Assembly (NCBI GenBank): GCA_030549905.1
Contig: JAUQQK010000007.1
Span: 2,612 to 66,611 of the forward strand
DNA: 64,000 nt
Origin: Aquificota bacterium
GTDB lineage: Bacteria > Aquificota > Aquificia > Aquificales > Aquificaceae
Reading direction: 5' to 3'
Part shown: piece by piece, positions 25,976 through 35,514 of the stretch
Position numbering within the stretch: the stretch's first letter is position 1
Layout of the letters: each line of letters begins with the position of its first letter
The notes under the pieces: generated by a model
What the model saw: the letters and a program-made list of their open reading frames with translations, nothing else
The model's database searches: none
Told to the model about the DNA's origin: nothing
Translations under genes and position numbers: made by a program

Positions 25976-25978
25976 TCA

Positions 25979-25992
25979 CATGTTGCAACATG
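25979..25992. promoter_or_regulatory. Perfect 14-bp palindrome CATGTTGCAACATG
   Basis: The palindrome was read directly. It lies between the terminator and the Rieske gene. Confidence 0.4.
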
Positions 25993-26044
25993 AAACACGC
26001 TTGCTAATACTCAACTAAAGCATATAAGCCTTCCAGAACATGGC

Positions 26045-26057
26045 ATGCAATTTGCAT
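26045..26057. promoter_or_regulatory. Palindrome ATGCAA-T-TTGCAT overlapping a putative -10 region
   Basis: The palindrome was read directly, 25 nt upstream of the ATG at 26082. A TTTGCAT half-site also occurs at 25970-25976. Confidence 0.4.
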
Positions 26058-26081
26058 ATATACACAACGAGGTGAATAGGA

Positions 26082-26801
26082 ATGGATAGAAGAGACTTTA
26101 TAAAAACCTGCGGCACTGTAGCAGTAGCCTCTATGTTGGATGCCAGTATTTTCTCCAATTTGCTGGCAAGCCAACAGGATGGAATGCTAAAAACTTACAA
26201 AAAGGCCCTCCTTGTCAAAGAGGATGGATCTCCCATAAAGGAGGGAGACATAAAGCCCCATAACAATTACATATTCTTCTATCCCTTTGTTTCCACTCCT
26301 TGTTATCTTCTTAATCTGGACCAGGAGATAAAGCCTGTGGAGATAAAGCTAAAGGATGGGCTTGGCTACCTCTGGCCAGGGGGCGTGGGGTCAAAAAAGA
26401 GTATAGTAGCCTACTCTGCCATATGCGCCCACCAGTGGAGTTATCCTACAAAGGACTACTCTTTTATAAACTACTATCCACCAGACAAGCCATCTGAGAC
26501 CACAAAAAAGGCCGGTATAATCCAGTGTTGTGCCCACTTAGGTTTATACGACCCAAAGGAAGGTGCAAAGGTCTTAGATGGTCCCCCAGAGGTTCCTTTG
26601 GCCTCCATAGTGCTACAAGAAGAGAATGGCCAATTTTATGCCGTGGGAGTTCTTGGTGAGGACCAGTTTGACCAGTTCTTTGATAACTACAAGGCAGACC
26701 TAAGACAGCAGTATGGCTCTACTGCAAAAGCAAAGGAGCTTGTGGAAAAATGTATAGTTATGGAGGTGGATAAATATGTCAAATCAGTTATCAGGTGTTA
26801 G
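26082..26801 (+). CDS. Tat-exported Rieske-like [2Fe-2S] protein
   Basis: The product has a Tat signal (DRRDFIKTCG). CAH (ICAHQW) and CCAH (QCCAHLGLYD) are separated by 31 residues, which fits CxH...CxxH followed by an aromatic-Asp. Confidence 0.65.
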   Translation: MDRRDFIKTCGTVAVASMLDASIFSNLLASQQDGMLKTYKKALLVKEDGSPIKEGDIKPHNNYIFFYPFVSTPCYLLNLDQEIKPVEIKLKDGLGYLWPGGVGSKKSIVAYSAICAHQWSYPTKDYSFINYYPPDKPSETTKKAGIIQCCAHLGLYDPKEGAKVLDGPPEVPLASIVLQEENGQFYAVGVLGEDQFDQFFDNYKADLRQQYGSTAKAKELVEKCIVMEVDKYVKSVIRC

Positions 26802-28032
26802 TAGAAGGGAATTGATCGTAGGTGGTGCCCTTGTAGGTATTACTGCACCTCTTTTTGTATATTCAAAGGCACAAAATAGGCTTAAAGCTCAAGTGGTTAT
26901 AGTAGGTGGTGGCTATGGCGGTGTTACAGTAGCCAAGTATTTAAAGAAGGAAAATCCTAACCTTGATGTGGTCCTTATTGAAGAAAGGCCCTTCTTTATG
27001 TCCTGTCCCATGTCAAACCACTTTTTGGCTGGCCTTATGGAGCTTACGCCTCTGTGCTTTTCTTACAACGTGCTTGAGGTGAAGTATGGCATAAGGGTAA
27101 TAAACGATAAGGTGCTGGGAGTGGAGCTTGATAGAAAAGCGGTGAGAACTTCCGCAGGATATATAGGATACGACTATCTGGTTCTTTCCACGGGTATAGA
27201 CTATGACATTGAGGACAAGCCCTTCTATGCGGAGTCCATAGTTCATAACCCCCCTGCCTTCAAGCCCGGCTCTGAGCATATATACCTCAAAAGGCTCATA
27301 GAAGACTTTGAGGGTGGCGATATAGTGATTAGCGTGCCACCTCCTCCCTACAGATGCCCGCCAGCCCCCTATGAGCGTGCAGCTCTCATAGCCAGTATGA
27401 TAAAAAGAAACAAGCTAAAAGCTCATATATACTTTATCGATGCCAACGAGAGACCCATAATAAACGCAGAGGGCTTTTTATCCGCATACTACGACCTTTA
27501 CAAGGACGTGGCAGATTACATAACCTCCGCACAGGTAAGGGATATAGATGTGCATAAGAGAGTGGTAAGGACCTCCCACGGGGATTTTAAATATGACCTT
27601 GCCTGCATCATACCACCCATGAGGGCAAGCAGGCTTCTGGAAGAGGCGGGACTTTTGAAAAGGGGTCAGAAGTGGGTAGAGGTAAACCCCTTCACCTTTG
27701 AAACGTATGTAAGAAACGTTTTCGTTATAGGCGACTCCGCCCAGACATACTTACCAAAGAGCGGATACGCTGCACATTCGCAGGGCAAACTACTTGCAAA
27801 GCTTATAAACGCAAGGCTGAAGGGGAAAGAAGTTAAGGAGGAGTATGTGCAGATGATATGCTATGCCATGGTGAGCGATAAGGAAGCCATAATGACAGAA
27901 ACCGCCTTTAGATACGACACGGCAAGCAAAAGGTTCATACCCACCCACAGGGAGGACAATCAAAGAAAGGAAACCACCGCAAAAAGATACGAAGAGTGGG
28001 CAAAGGGTCTATGGAGGGACTTGTTTGGATAA
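26776..28032 (+). CDS. fccB: FccB/SoxF-like flavoprotein, Tat-exported, paralog 2
   Basis: The product has a Tat-like SRRELIV, VVIVGGGYGG, FMSCPMSN, YRCPPAPYERA and MICYAMV. The start overlaps the Rieske gene by 26 nt. Confidence 0.8.
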   Translation: MSNQLSGVSRRELIVGGALVGITAPLFVYSKAQNRLKAQVVIVGGGYGGVTVAKYLKKENPNLDVVLIEERPFFMSCPMSNHFLAGLMELTPLCFSYNVLEVKYGIRVINDKVLGVELDRKAVRTSAGYIGYDYLVLSTGIDYDIEDKPFYAESIVHNPPAFKPGSEHIYLKRLIEDFEGGDIVISVPPPPYRCPPAPYERAALIASMIKRNKLKAHIYFIDANERPIINAEGFLSAYYDLYKDVADYITSAQVRDIDVHKRVVRTSHGDFKYDLACIIPPMRASRLLEEAGLLKRGQKWVEVNPFTFETYVRNVFVIGDSAQTYLPKSGYAAHSQGKLLAKLINARLKGKEVKEEYVQMICYAMVSDKEAIMTETAFRYDTASKRFIPTHREDNQRKETTAKRYEEWAKGLWRDLFG

Positions 28033-28051
28033 GGGAGCTAACGAGCCCCTT

Positions 28052-28255
28052 TTAGAACTCTTTTAGCATGCCCTTTACTTTGTCTTCCCAGCTTGGATGG
28101 ACAAGGGTGGGCTTCCTTAGTCTTCTCTTTCTGTCCTTTGCCTTCTTTGTGTTGTAGTGGGCACCGCCTGCCCTCTGTCTCTTTATCTTACCCGTGGCTG
28201 TTATCTTAAACCTCTTTTTGGCTGACCTGTTTGTCTTCATCTTCACCTTTGCCAT
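28052..28255 (-). CDS. rpmI: 50S ribosomal protein L35
   Basis: The product begins MAKVKMKTNRSAKKRFKITATGKIKR..., which is typical of L35. The start is taken at the MAKVK methionine. Confidence 0.85.
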   Translation of the reverse strand: MAKVKMKTNRSAKKRFKITATGKIKRQRAGGAHYNTKKAKDRKRRLRKPTLVHPSWEDKVKGMLKEF

Positions 28256-28288
28256 CCTGAAACCTCCGGGCATACATTATAACATAGC

Positions 28289-28834
28289 TCAGCAGCCAAG
28301 AAGGTCTTTTAAGTCCTTTTCAAGCTCCCTATAAATGCCGAGCTTTATACGGTGAATGTTGCCTTCCCTGTCTAACAGGTATGAGGTGGGAAAGCCCACA
28401 AGCCTTAGTTCCTTTTCAACGCCTTCTGTAGGCTTTACTATCTTAAAGGAAAAGGCATGCTCCTTAAGGAAACCCTCAAGAGCCTTATCAGAGCTGTCCA
28501 TATTGACCGCCAGCACCTCAAAGCCTCTATCTTTACACCTTCTGTATTCCTTCTCAAAGAGGGGCATCTCCTCCCTGCAGGGTGGACACCAGGTTGCCCA
28601 GAAATTCACAAGCACCACCTTACCCCTGAGCTCAGAAAGCCTGAGTTCCTTTCCATCAAGGCTCTTAAAGGTGAGGTCTGGAAGCCTTTGCTGGGTTGGT
28701 GGCTTGTAGGAAGTCAAAAGTTCATCCTCCTCCTTATGCTTTAGACCGAAAAAGAGTAGCATAAAAAGGAGTATGCCAGCCAGTATGTAGGGTGTGTATT
28801 TTACCGCCTTCATGTTTATAAATTTATGCCTCAA
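28289..28834 (-). CDS. TlpA/ResA-like periplasmic thiol:disulfide oxidoreductase
   Basis: The ORF has an N-terminal TM anchor and the thioredoxin motif WATWCPPC. Confidence 0.8.
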   Translation of the reverse strand: MRHKFINMKAVKYTPYILAGILLFMLLFFGLKHKEEDELLTSYKPPTQQRLPDLTFKSLDGKELRLSELRGKVVLVNFWATWCPPCREEMPLFEKEYRRCKDRGFEVLAVNMDSSDKALEGFLKEHAFSFKIVKPTEGVEKELRLVGFPTSYLLDREGNIHRIKLGIYRELEKDLKDLLGC

Positions 28835-29961
28835 GTGGTGTATTCCGCATTTATTCTTATATAATCATAGCCAAGGTCTGAGCTATAATAGGTCCAGCCT
28901 TCTTTACCCTCCATAAGGTCTACCACTATCTCTATTTCCTGCGACTCTTCCATATATCTTTTGGCAAGCTCCACAGCTTTTGGATGCACTTTGCCATCAT
29001 ATACCAGATGGTTTCCTATATAGACCTTCAGCTTAAACTGGTCCACTGGAAAGGCTGTAGAGCCTACTGCCGCCACTATCCTTCCCCAATTTGGGTCTTT
29101 TCCAAATACCGCTGTCTTTACAAGGTTTGAAGTGGCTACAGCCTGGGCTATGAGCCTTGCCTTCAAGCTTATGGAAGCATTCTTTACATGCACCTTTATA
29201 ACCCTTGTAGCCCCTTCTCCGTCCTGAACTATACTCTTGGCGAGGGAAAGGCTTACCTCTTCAAGGGCTTCCCTCACGCTTTCAAGCTCTTCTTTGTGTG
29301 TGCCAAGGCTGATAAGACCAAAGCTGTCGTTGGTGCTCATGCAGGCATCCACGCTTATGGAGTTAAAAGTCCTCTCGTTTATTTCCCTGTGTAGTTTTTC
29401 AAGGACTTCCCTTGATAACTCCGCATTTGTGAAAACAAAGGCGAGCATGGTAGCCATGTGGGGGTGTATCATGCCCGCACCCTTGGCAAAGCCGAAGGCT
29501 TCCAGCTTGCCCTTCTTTACAAAGTCATACTTGGGGAACCTGTCGGTTGTTGATATAACATCGCTCGCTCTTTTTAGGTCTAATGGCTCAAGTACCTTAC
29601 AGGCTTCTTCTATGGCAGAAAGCACATCACCTATGGGCAGGGGCTTTCCTATTACACCGGTGGAAAAAACAAGCACCTCCTCTTCTTCTATGTCAAGGCA
29701 TTCGGACACTTTCTTTGCCATAAGCTCCGCATGCAGAAGACCTTCCCTTCCCACAGCGCAGTTGGCGTTCCCGCTGTTAATTACAAGGGCTCTTACCGTG
29801 CCTTTAAAAACCTTTTCCGAGTAGAGGACGCTGGCGGATTTAAAGTGGTTCTGAGTAAAGAGAAAAGAGGCGTTGCAGGATTGTGGCAAAACTACTACAA
29901 GAAGGTCGGGCTTTCCACCGCTTTTAAGCCCTGCCTTTCCCACTCCCATCAAAACATCCAT
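28831..29961 (-). CDS. argJ: Bifunctional glutamate N-acetyltransferase / amino-acid acetyltransferase
   Basis: The ORF shows ArgJ-like sequence, including the autoprocessing-site region (HMATMLAFVFT) and an ...INAEYTT C-terminus. Confidence 0.85.
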   Translation of the reverse strand: MDVLMGVGKAGLKSGGKPDLLVVVLPQSCNASFLFTQNHFKSASVLYSEKVFKGTVRALVINSGNANCAVGREGLLHAELMAKKVSECLDIEEEEVLVFSTGVIGKPLPIGDVLSAIEEACKVLEPLDLKRASDVISTTDRFPKYDFVKKGKLEAFGFAKGAGMIHPHMATMLAFVFTNAELSREVLEKLHREINERTFNSISVDACMSTNDSFGLISLGTHKEELESVREALEEVSLSLAKSIVQDGEGATRVIKVHVKNASISLKARLIAQAVATSNLVKTAVFGKDPNWGRIVAAVGSTAFPVDQFKLKVYIGNHLVYDGKVHPKAVELAKRYMEESQEIEIVVDLMEGKEGWTYYSSDLGYDYIRINAEYTT

Positions 29962-29973
29962 GAAAAAATTCTA

Positions 29974-31233
29974 TCACATACCGCCTAACCTTCTGAGCCT
30001 TTGCTGTGCATCTGACGCCCACTCAGCCCTGCCCTGAGAAAGCTCAAGGGCTGTCCTGTAATGCTCTATGGCTTTGCCTGCATTTCCAAGGGCTTCGTAG
30101 TCCCTTCCAAGGTAGTAGTGGGTGCTTGCGTGGTCCGGTATGAGACCCCCAGCCCGCTCAAGGTATTCAAGAGACCTTCTGTAGCTTCCAGAGAGGAACT
30201 CCACATAGCCCATCACATAGTTGGTTAAAAAGACCTGAGGCATCTGCTCATGAGCTGTTCTTGCCTCCTTCTTAGCCTCTTCAAGCCTCCCAGCTCTTGC
30301 CAGCAGGTATGCCAGGTAGCTTCTTGCCGTGTAATTTTCCGGATAGTATTCAAGGGCTTTTCTGAAATGCTCCATAGCTTTTCCTGCCTCCCTCTGGGCA
30401 AGGGCTTTTTTGCCCCTGTCAAACTCCTCAAAGGAGGGTCTTACCTTCTGTAGCCTACTTTTTATTCTATGAAAATCCTCCGTATCAGATATAAAAGAGC
30501 CAGAGGGTCTTAGCTTGGCTATATCCTGGCTTACCTCTTTAATCCTCGTTTCTGGGAGTGGGTGGGTGGAGAGCCATTCAGGAGGTCTCCCTCCACTTTC
30601 CATGGATTCAAAAAGCTCAAAGACCCTGATGATGCCCTGCGGGTCATAACCAATCTTGTAGGTATATTGCACCGCATAGTCATCCGCTTCCCTCTCCTGG
30701 TCTCTGCTGAACTTTAAACTTAAAAGCCCGGCACCCACCTGACCAAACTGCAGGAGTGTCTGACCGTAAGGTTTGTTTCCTACAAGCAAAGCACCAATGT
30801 TAAGAAGAAGGCTCAATCCAAACTGCTTTTCTAAGAACCTGGCATGATGCCTTGCGTTTATATGCCCAAGCTCATGGGCAAGCACGCCAGCCAGCTCGCT
30901 TTCAGAAGAGAGCTTCTCAAGAAGACCCCTTGTGATAAAGACAGGTCCGCCGGGAAGGGCAAAGGCGTTTACCTGAGAAGAATTCACCACATAAAACTCA
31001 TAGGGTAGTTTTCTTTCCGCCACCTTAGTAAGCCTTAAGCCCATTGACCTCACATACTCCTGCACCTGCCGGTCAGGGGAAAGCCCGTCAAACTCCTCAA
31101 TGGAATAGGGTACATAGGCTCTGCCTATCTGTATTTCCTTGTCCTCCGGGAGCAGGTTGAGTATGGGTCCGTTAGAAGCAGTCTGGGCACAGCCAATAAG
31201 CAGTAAAACAAGGAAAACCACTAACAGCCTCAT
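29974..31233 (-). CDS. M48 family metalloprotease with C-terminal TPR repeats (BepA-like lipoprotein)
   Basis: The product has a lipobox (LLIGCAQ), the HELGH zinc motif, and TPR-like repeats in the C-terminal third. Confidence 0.8.
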   Translation of the reverse strand: MRLLVVFLVLLLIGCAQTASNGPILNLLPEDKEIQIGRAYVPYSIEEFDGLSPDRQVQEYVRSMGLRLTKVAERKLPYEFYVVNSSQVNAFALPGGPVFITRGLLEKLSSESELAGVLAHELGHINARHHARFLEKQFGLSLLLNIGALLVGNKPYGQTLLQFGQVGAGLLSLKFSRDQEREADDYAVQYTYKIGYDPQGIIRVFELFESMESGGRPPEWLSTHPLPETRIKEVSQDIAKLRPSGSFISDTEDFHRIKSRLQKVRPSFEEFDRGKKALAQREAGKAMEHFRKALEYYPENYTARSYLAYLLARAGRLEEAKKEARTAHEQMPQVFLTNYVMGYVEFLSGSYRRSLEYLERAGGLIPDHASTHYYLGRDYEALGNAGKAIEHYRTALELSQGRAEWASDAQQRLRRLGGM

Positions 31234-31235
31234 GT

Positions 31236-32333
31236 CTATAAAAGTATAGCTTTTTTGAGCCTGAGCAGTACCTCGTTTATGAGGAGCATGCCCCTGCGGT
31301 TGAGAGCCAGCCTTCCTCCCTTTTCTTCAAAAAATTCATAAAGCTCAGGCTCAAGCCCCCTAAGGAGTTCTTTTGGCACACCCCTTGAGGTTCTAAGGGC
31401 TGTAAAAAGGTAATCATAAAGAAGCTCTTTACCTTCCAGAACCTCCTCATATTCAACAGGCTTTTTGCCCTCTAAAACTTTACGGGCATAAAGTCTTATA
31501 TTCCTTGTGTTTCCAAACCTCACCTTATTTATAAAGCTCCATGCGGACACGCCAAGACCTAAAAATTCTTCATGGCTCCAGTAAGCCAAGTTGTGCCTGC
31601 ACTGAAAACCCTCAAGGGCGAAGTTGGAAACCTCGTAGTGGTAAAAGCCCGCCCCTTCTAAAAGCTCGCAGGCAAGCTCATACATGTCTGCGATAGAGTC
31701 CTCAGAAGGAAGCTTCAGAAGACCCCTTTCATACAAATGCCCAAACTGCGTGTCTTCGTATGGGGTGAGGAGGTAAAGGGATAGATGCTTTATAGGCAGT
31801 TCTAAAGCCCTTTCCAGTTCTTCTTTCAGCTCCTCGGCGGTCTGCCCCTCATAGCCAAAAATGAGGTCTATGTTAATGTTTTCAAAGCCCGCCCTGTGGG
31901 CATTTTCCACAGTTTCAACAGCCCTTTTGACCGTGTGTTTCCTTCCTAAGGCTCTAAGTCCCTCCTCCCTCAGGCTCTGGACGCCTATGCTAACCCTGTT
32001 TATGCCTGTGTCTCTGAGCTTTGAAAAGTCCTCAAGGCTGTAGTCCTCAGGGTTTATTTCAAGGCTTGCCTCCTCCACATGGCTCAAATCTATCCTTTTT
32101 GAAAGCTCTTTGAAAAACCATGCATAAAGCTCGGGCTTTATCAAAGAAGGCGTGCCACCACCAAAGTACAGGCTTTCTGGCAAAATTTCAAAGTCTCTGT
32201 ATAGCTCAAGCTCTCTAAGGAGAAGCTCCAAGTATGCTCTGTGGTCCAATGGAGCCTCCACAAAGGAGACAAAGTCGCAGTAGGGACACTTTTGAGAGCA
32301 GAAAGGTATGTGAAGGTATAGGGCTTTAACCAT
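31236..32333 (-). CDS. hemW: Radical SAM heme chaperone / HemN-like protein
   Basis: The product contains CSQKCPYCDF (CxxxCxxC) near the N-terminus and has HemN-family length and sequence. Confidence 0.8.
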   Translation of the reverse strand: MVKALYLHIPFCSQKCPYCDFVSFVEAPLDHRAYLELLLRELELYRDFEILPESLYFGGGTPSLIKPELYAWFFKELSKRIDLSHVEEASLEINPEDYSLEDFSKLRDTGINRVSIGVQSLREEGLRALGRKHTVKRAVETVENAHRAGFENINIDLIFGYEGQTAEELKEELERALELPIKHLSLYLLTPYEDTQFGHLYERGLLKLPSEDSIADMYELACELLEGAGFYHYEVSNFALEGFQCRHNLAYWSHEEFLGLGVSAWSFINKVRFGNTRNIRLYARKVLEGKKPVEYEEVLEGKELLYDYLFTALRTSRGVPKELLRGLEPELYEFFEEKGGRLALNRRGMLLINEVLLRLKKAILL

Positions 32334-33435
32334 ACTCGAACCTTATTTGCCTGTGCCTTTGCTCTCTTATAATTGCCATGCTACACCCAAGCAGGAGGGA
32401 AAAGGTAAGCACCGCACTTCCGCCATAACTAACAAAGGGTAGAGGCACGCCCACCACGGGAGCAAGCCCCATAGTCATCAAAAGATTAACAAAGACCTGA
32501 AAGAGCCAGAGGCTCGCAAAGGCTCCAAGGAATAATTTTTCGGAGGATACGGGCATGTCTATGGCATACACCACAAGCCTGTAAAAGACAAGAAAAAGGG
32601 AGCTTATGAGCAGAAAGGAAAAGACAAAGCCCCATTCTTCCGCTATCACGGAGAAGATAAAGTCCGTATGCTTTTCAGGAAGGAAGAGAAGATGAGACTG
32701 GGTTCCCTGCAGGAATCCCTTGCCTGAAAACCCTCCCGAGCCTACCGCTATTAATGACTGTATGAGCTGGTAGCCAGAACCATGGTAGTCCCCATAAGGG
32801 TCAATAACAGCCAGCAGGCGTTCCTTCTGATAGTCTTTTAGAAGGTGCCACATGAGGGGGGAAAGAATAAGGAAGGATACGGCAGATAGAATAAAGTAAA
32901 TGAGCCTTGCCCCCTTTAAAAATAGCAGGGAAACAAAGATAAACAGGTATATGACAGTGGTGCCCAGGTCTGGCTGTTTGTAGGTGATAAGACAAGCCAT
33001 TAGAAGGGATACTACCAGTATAAGGGTTTCCTTGCTTAGAAGCCTCCTGCTGTGCTGCAGGCTGTATAGTATAAAGAGCAGAAGCGAAAACTTCATGAAC
33101 TCAGAGGGCTGAAGGCTCACAGGACCCAAATCCAGCCATCTTTTGGCACCATAAACAGTCTTTCCAAAGAAAGGCACCAAGAGCAAAAGGAAGAGGTTAA
33201 GAAGGTATATGGCTGGGGCAAGGTCGTATATGAGCCTGAAGTTTATCCTTGAAAGTAGAAAAGTTATAGACCAGCCGAGTAAAAGGTAGAGGAGCTGTTT
33301 GAAAAATAAGGGTGAGGGTTCTCCCCTGTAGGTGGCACTGTAAACGCCCACAAGGCCCATAAGGCTTATAAATGCGAGGGCAAGGAGCAGGTATGGGTCG
33401 TAATCGGAGAAAAACCTTTTAAGCCTGTGCCTCAT
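32326..33435 (-). CDS. FtsW/RodA/SpoVE family peptidoglycan glycosyltransferase
   Basis: This 369-aa ORF has about ten TM helices and SEDS motifs (QPSEFMKF, GGSA). Confidence 0.85.
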   Translation of the reverse strand: MRHRLKRFFSDYDPYLLLALAFISLMGLVGVYSATYRGEPSPLFFKQLLYLLLGWSITFLLSRINFRLIYDLAPAIYLLNLFLLLLVPFFGKTVYGAKRWLDLGPVSLQPSEFMKFSLLLFILYSLQHSRRLLSKETLILVVSLLMACLITYKQPDLGTTVIYLFIFVSLLFLKGARLIYFILSAVSFLILSPLMWHLLKDYQKERLLAVIDPYGDYHGSGYQLIQSLIAVGSGGFSGKGFLQGTQSHLLFLPEKHTDFIFSVIAEEWGFVFSFLLISSLFLVFYRLVVYAIDMPVSSEKLFLGAFASLWLFQVFVNLLMTMGLAPVVGVPLPFVSYGGSAVLTFSLLLGCSMAIIREQRHRQIRFEYG

Positions 33436-34147
33436 AGTATAGGAGCCTTCCGCAGGAGGGACAGGAAACCACTTCCCCCTTTATAACCTTTGAATAGAGG
33501 GCGGAGGGTAGCTTTGTGCCACAGCTGGGACAGGCACCGTATGCATCAAGGGGCAGTATAAAGGGCAGTCCATATTTCTTCTTTAGCCTCTCGTATTCTG
33601 CCAAAAGGCTGTCTTCTGTCTTACTTATGAGGTCTTCCAAGCTCTTCTTAAGCTCTCCAAGCCTGCCGCCCAGCCTTGATATGGAATACCTTATGTCTGA
33701 CAGCTCTTCCTCCAGCTCCTCCATTTTTTTCAATAACCTTTTCTCCTCATCGCTCTTTTCTAACCCCTCAAGCTCCTTCTTTAAATTCTCAAGACTTTCT
33801 GAGAGTTTTATAACACAGTCCTCATACCTTGCCTTTTCCCTCAAAAGTGCCTTATACTCTTCTGCTTTTTTAACAAGGTTCAGCCTTTCCTGAGACTTCC
33901 TTATGCCTTCTTCGCATTCCTCTATCTTCTCCCTGTGCTTTTTTATCTCAGCCCTTAGCCTTTCCCTCCTTTTTATAAGTTCCTCCCTTTTTTTCTTTAG
34001 CTCTTCCATGCCTGCCGTAAGCTCCTCCGCCTGTTTCTGTAGTCTTATTATGGATTTTTCCGTTTCTTTTATATCCAATTCAACCTTCTGTATTTCTAAC
34101 ATCTTCTGAAGCCTTTCAGAACTCACAAATATATAATAATAAGCCAT
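33419..34147 (-). CDS. Coiled-coil protein with a C-terminal C4 zinc ribbon (COG1579/DUF164-like)
   Basis: A long E/K-rich coiled coil is followed by CPSCG...CPSCG. Confidence 0.7.
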   Translation of the reverse strand: MAYYYIFVSSERLQKMLEIQKVELDIKETEKSIIRLQKQAEELTAGMEELKKKREELIKRRERLRAEIKKHREKIEECEEGIRKSQERLNLVKKAEEYKALLREKARYEDCVIKLSESLENLKKELEGLEKSDEEKRLLKKMEELEEELSDIRYSISRLGGRLGELKKSLEDLISKTEDSLLAEYERLKKKYGLPFILPLDAYGACPSCGTKLPSALYSKVIKGEVVSCPSCGRLLYYEAQA

Positions 34148-35441
34148 GTTAGACCTGATTGTTAAGAAGGCTCTCGTAGCGGAAAAGGGGAAAGTCCTTG
34201 ATATAGGTGTAAAGGATGGTCTTATAGTGCGTATGGAAGAGAACCTGCAAGAGCCTGCAAAGTATCTTATACATGCTCAGGGCAAGCTCCTTTTCCCTTC
34301 CTTTGCCAACATGCACACGCACATATCCATGAGCCTCTTAAGAGGACTTGGTGCTGACCTTCCCCTTATGGACTGGCTTCAGAAGGTCATATGGGTCTTG
34401 GAGGGTGAGTTTGTATCTCCTGAGTTTGTAAGGGACGGGGCATTAATAGGCATTGCGGAGGCTATAAGGTCTGGCACCACCCTTTTTATGGACATGTATT
34501 TCTTTGAGGAGGCTGTGGCGGAGGTAGCCCTTCAGGCGGGCATAAGGGCTGGACTTGGCTTTGGCATATTAGATTTTCCCACAAAAGTGGCAAAGACGCC
34601 AGAAGAATACCTGAGAAGGGCAAAAGAATTTGCAAGAGCCTTTAAAGGACAGGAGCTAATCTTTCCAGTTCTGTGTCCCCATGCGGTATATACCTGCTCA
34701 CCAGACACCTTAAAAAAAGCCCACCAGCTTGCACAGGAGGAAGACCTTTATATACACATACATGTGGCGGAGACAAAGAGCGAAGTGGAAGGTGCTTTAG
34801 AGAAGTTTGGCAAAAGACCTGTGGAACATCTATACAGCCTCGGGTTTCTGTCTGAAAGAACTCTTATGGCTCATGTGGTATGGACTACAGAAGAGGAGAG
34901 AGAGTTGATAAAATCCTCGGGAGCCAAGGTTTTACACTGTCCTGAAAGCAACTTAAAGCTTGCTTCTGGCATAGCCCCCATAAGCGACTATGTAAGGCGT
35001 GGCATACACGTATGCCTTGGCACGGACGGACCAGCCTCCAATGACAATCTTGATATGCTTGAAGAGCTTTCCACCATGATAAAGCTCCAGAAGGGTGCAA
35101 ACCTTGACGCCAAAGCTATGGATGCAAGGACAGCCCTAAAAATAGCCACAGAAAAGGGCTTTTCCGCAGTAGGCATAAAGGCAGGCAGGATAGAAATAGG
35201 CTACAGTGCGGATTTTATACTTCTTGACCCTCAAAAGCCACACCTCCAGCCCCTGTATGACCCCATAGCCCAATTTGTGTATTCCGCCAGGTCTTCGGAC
35301 GTTGATACGGTGGTATGCAATGGAAGAGTGCTGATGGAGAAGGGAGAGTTAAAGACCCTTGACGAGGAAGAAGTTTTGCATGTAGCAAAAAAGTGGAAAG
35401 AAAGGATAGAAGGCTTTCTGAGGGATAAAATAATACATTGA
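34146..35441 (+). CDS. mtaD: Amidohydrolase, 5-methylthioadenosine/S-adenosylhomocysteine deaminase-like
   Basis: This 431-aa ORF has metal-binding HTH near the N-terminus, HVAE and GTDG motifs. Confidence 0.75.
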   Translation: MLDLIVKKALVAEKGKVLDIGVKDGLIVRMEENLQEPAKYLIHAQGKLLFPSFANMHTHISMSLLRGLGADLPLMDWLQKVIWVLEGEFVSPEFVRDGALIGIAEAIRSGTTLFMDMYFFEEAVAEVALQAGIRAGLGFGILDFPTKVAKTPEEYLRRAKEFARAFKGQELIFPVLCPHAVYTCSPDTLKKAHQLAQEEDLYIHIHVAETKSEVEGALEKFGKRPVEHLYSLGFLSERTLMAHVVWTTEEERELIKSSGAKVLHCPESNLKLASGIAPISDYVRRGIHVCLGTDGPASNDNLDMLEELSTMIKLQKGANLDAKAMDARTALKIATEKGFSAVGIKAGRIEIGYSADFILLDPQKPHLQPLYDPIAQFVYSARSSDVDTVVCNGRVLMEKGELKTLDEEEVLHVAKKWKERIEGFLRDKIIH

Positions 35442-35514
35442 CGGGGTGTGGCTCAGGTGGCAGAGCGTCGGCTTCGGGAGCCGAAGGTCAGGGGTTCAAG
35501 TCCCCTCACCCCGA
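35442..35514 (+). tRNA. tRNA-Pro (anticodon CGG)
   Basis: The 73-nt sequence folds as a cloverleaf: CGGGGTG acceptor, TCGGC/TTCGGGA/GCCGA anticodon arm, and AGGGG-TTCAAGT-CCCCT T-arm. CCA is not encoded. Confidence 0.9.

Noticed and set aside
28256-28273. Six-codon N-terminal extension of rpmI (MPGGFR-)
   Set aside because: L35 proteins start MAK/MPK..., and the internal ATG gives the canonical MAKVKMKT N-terminus.
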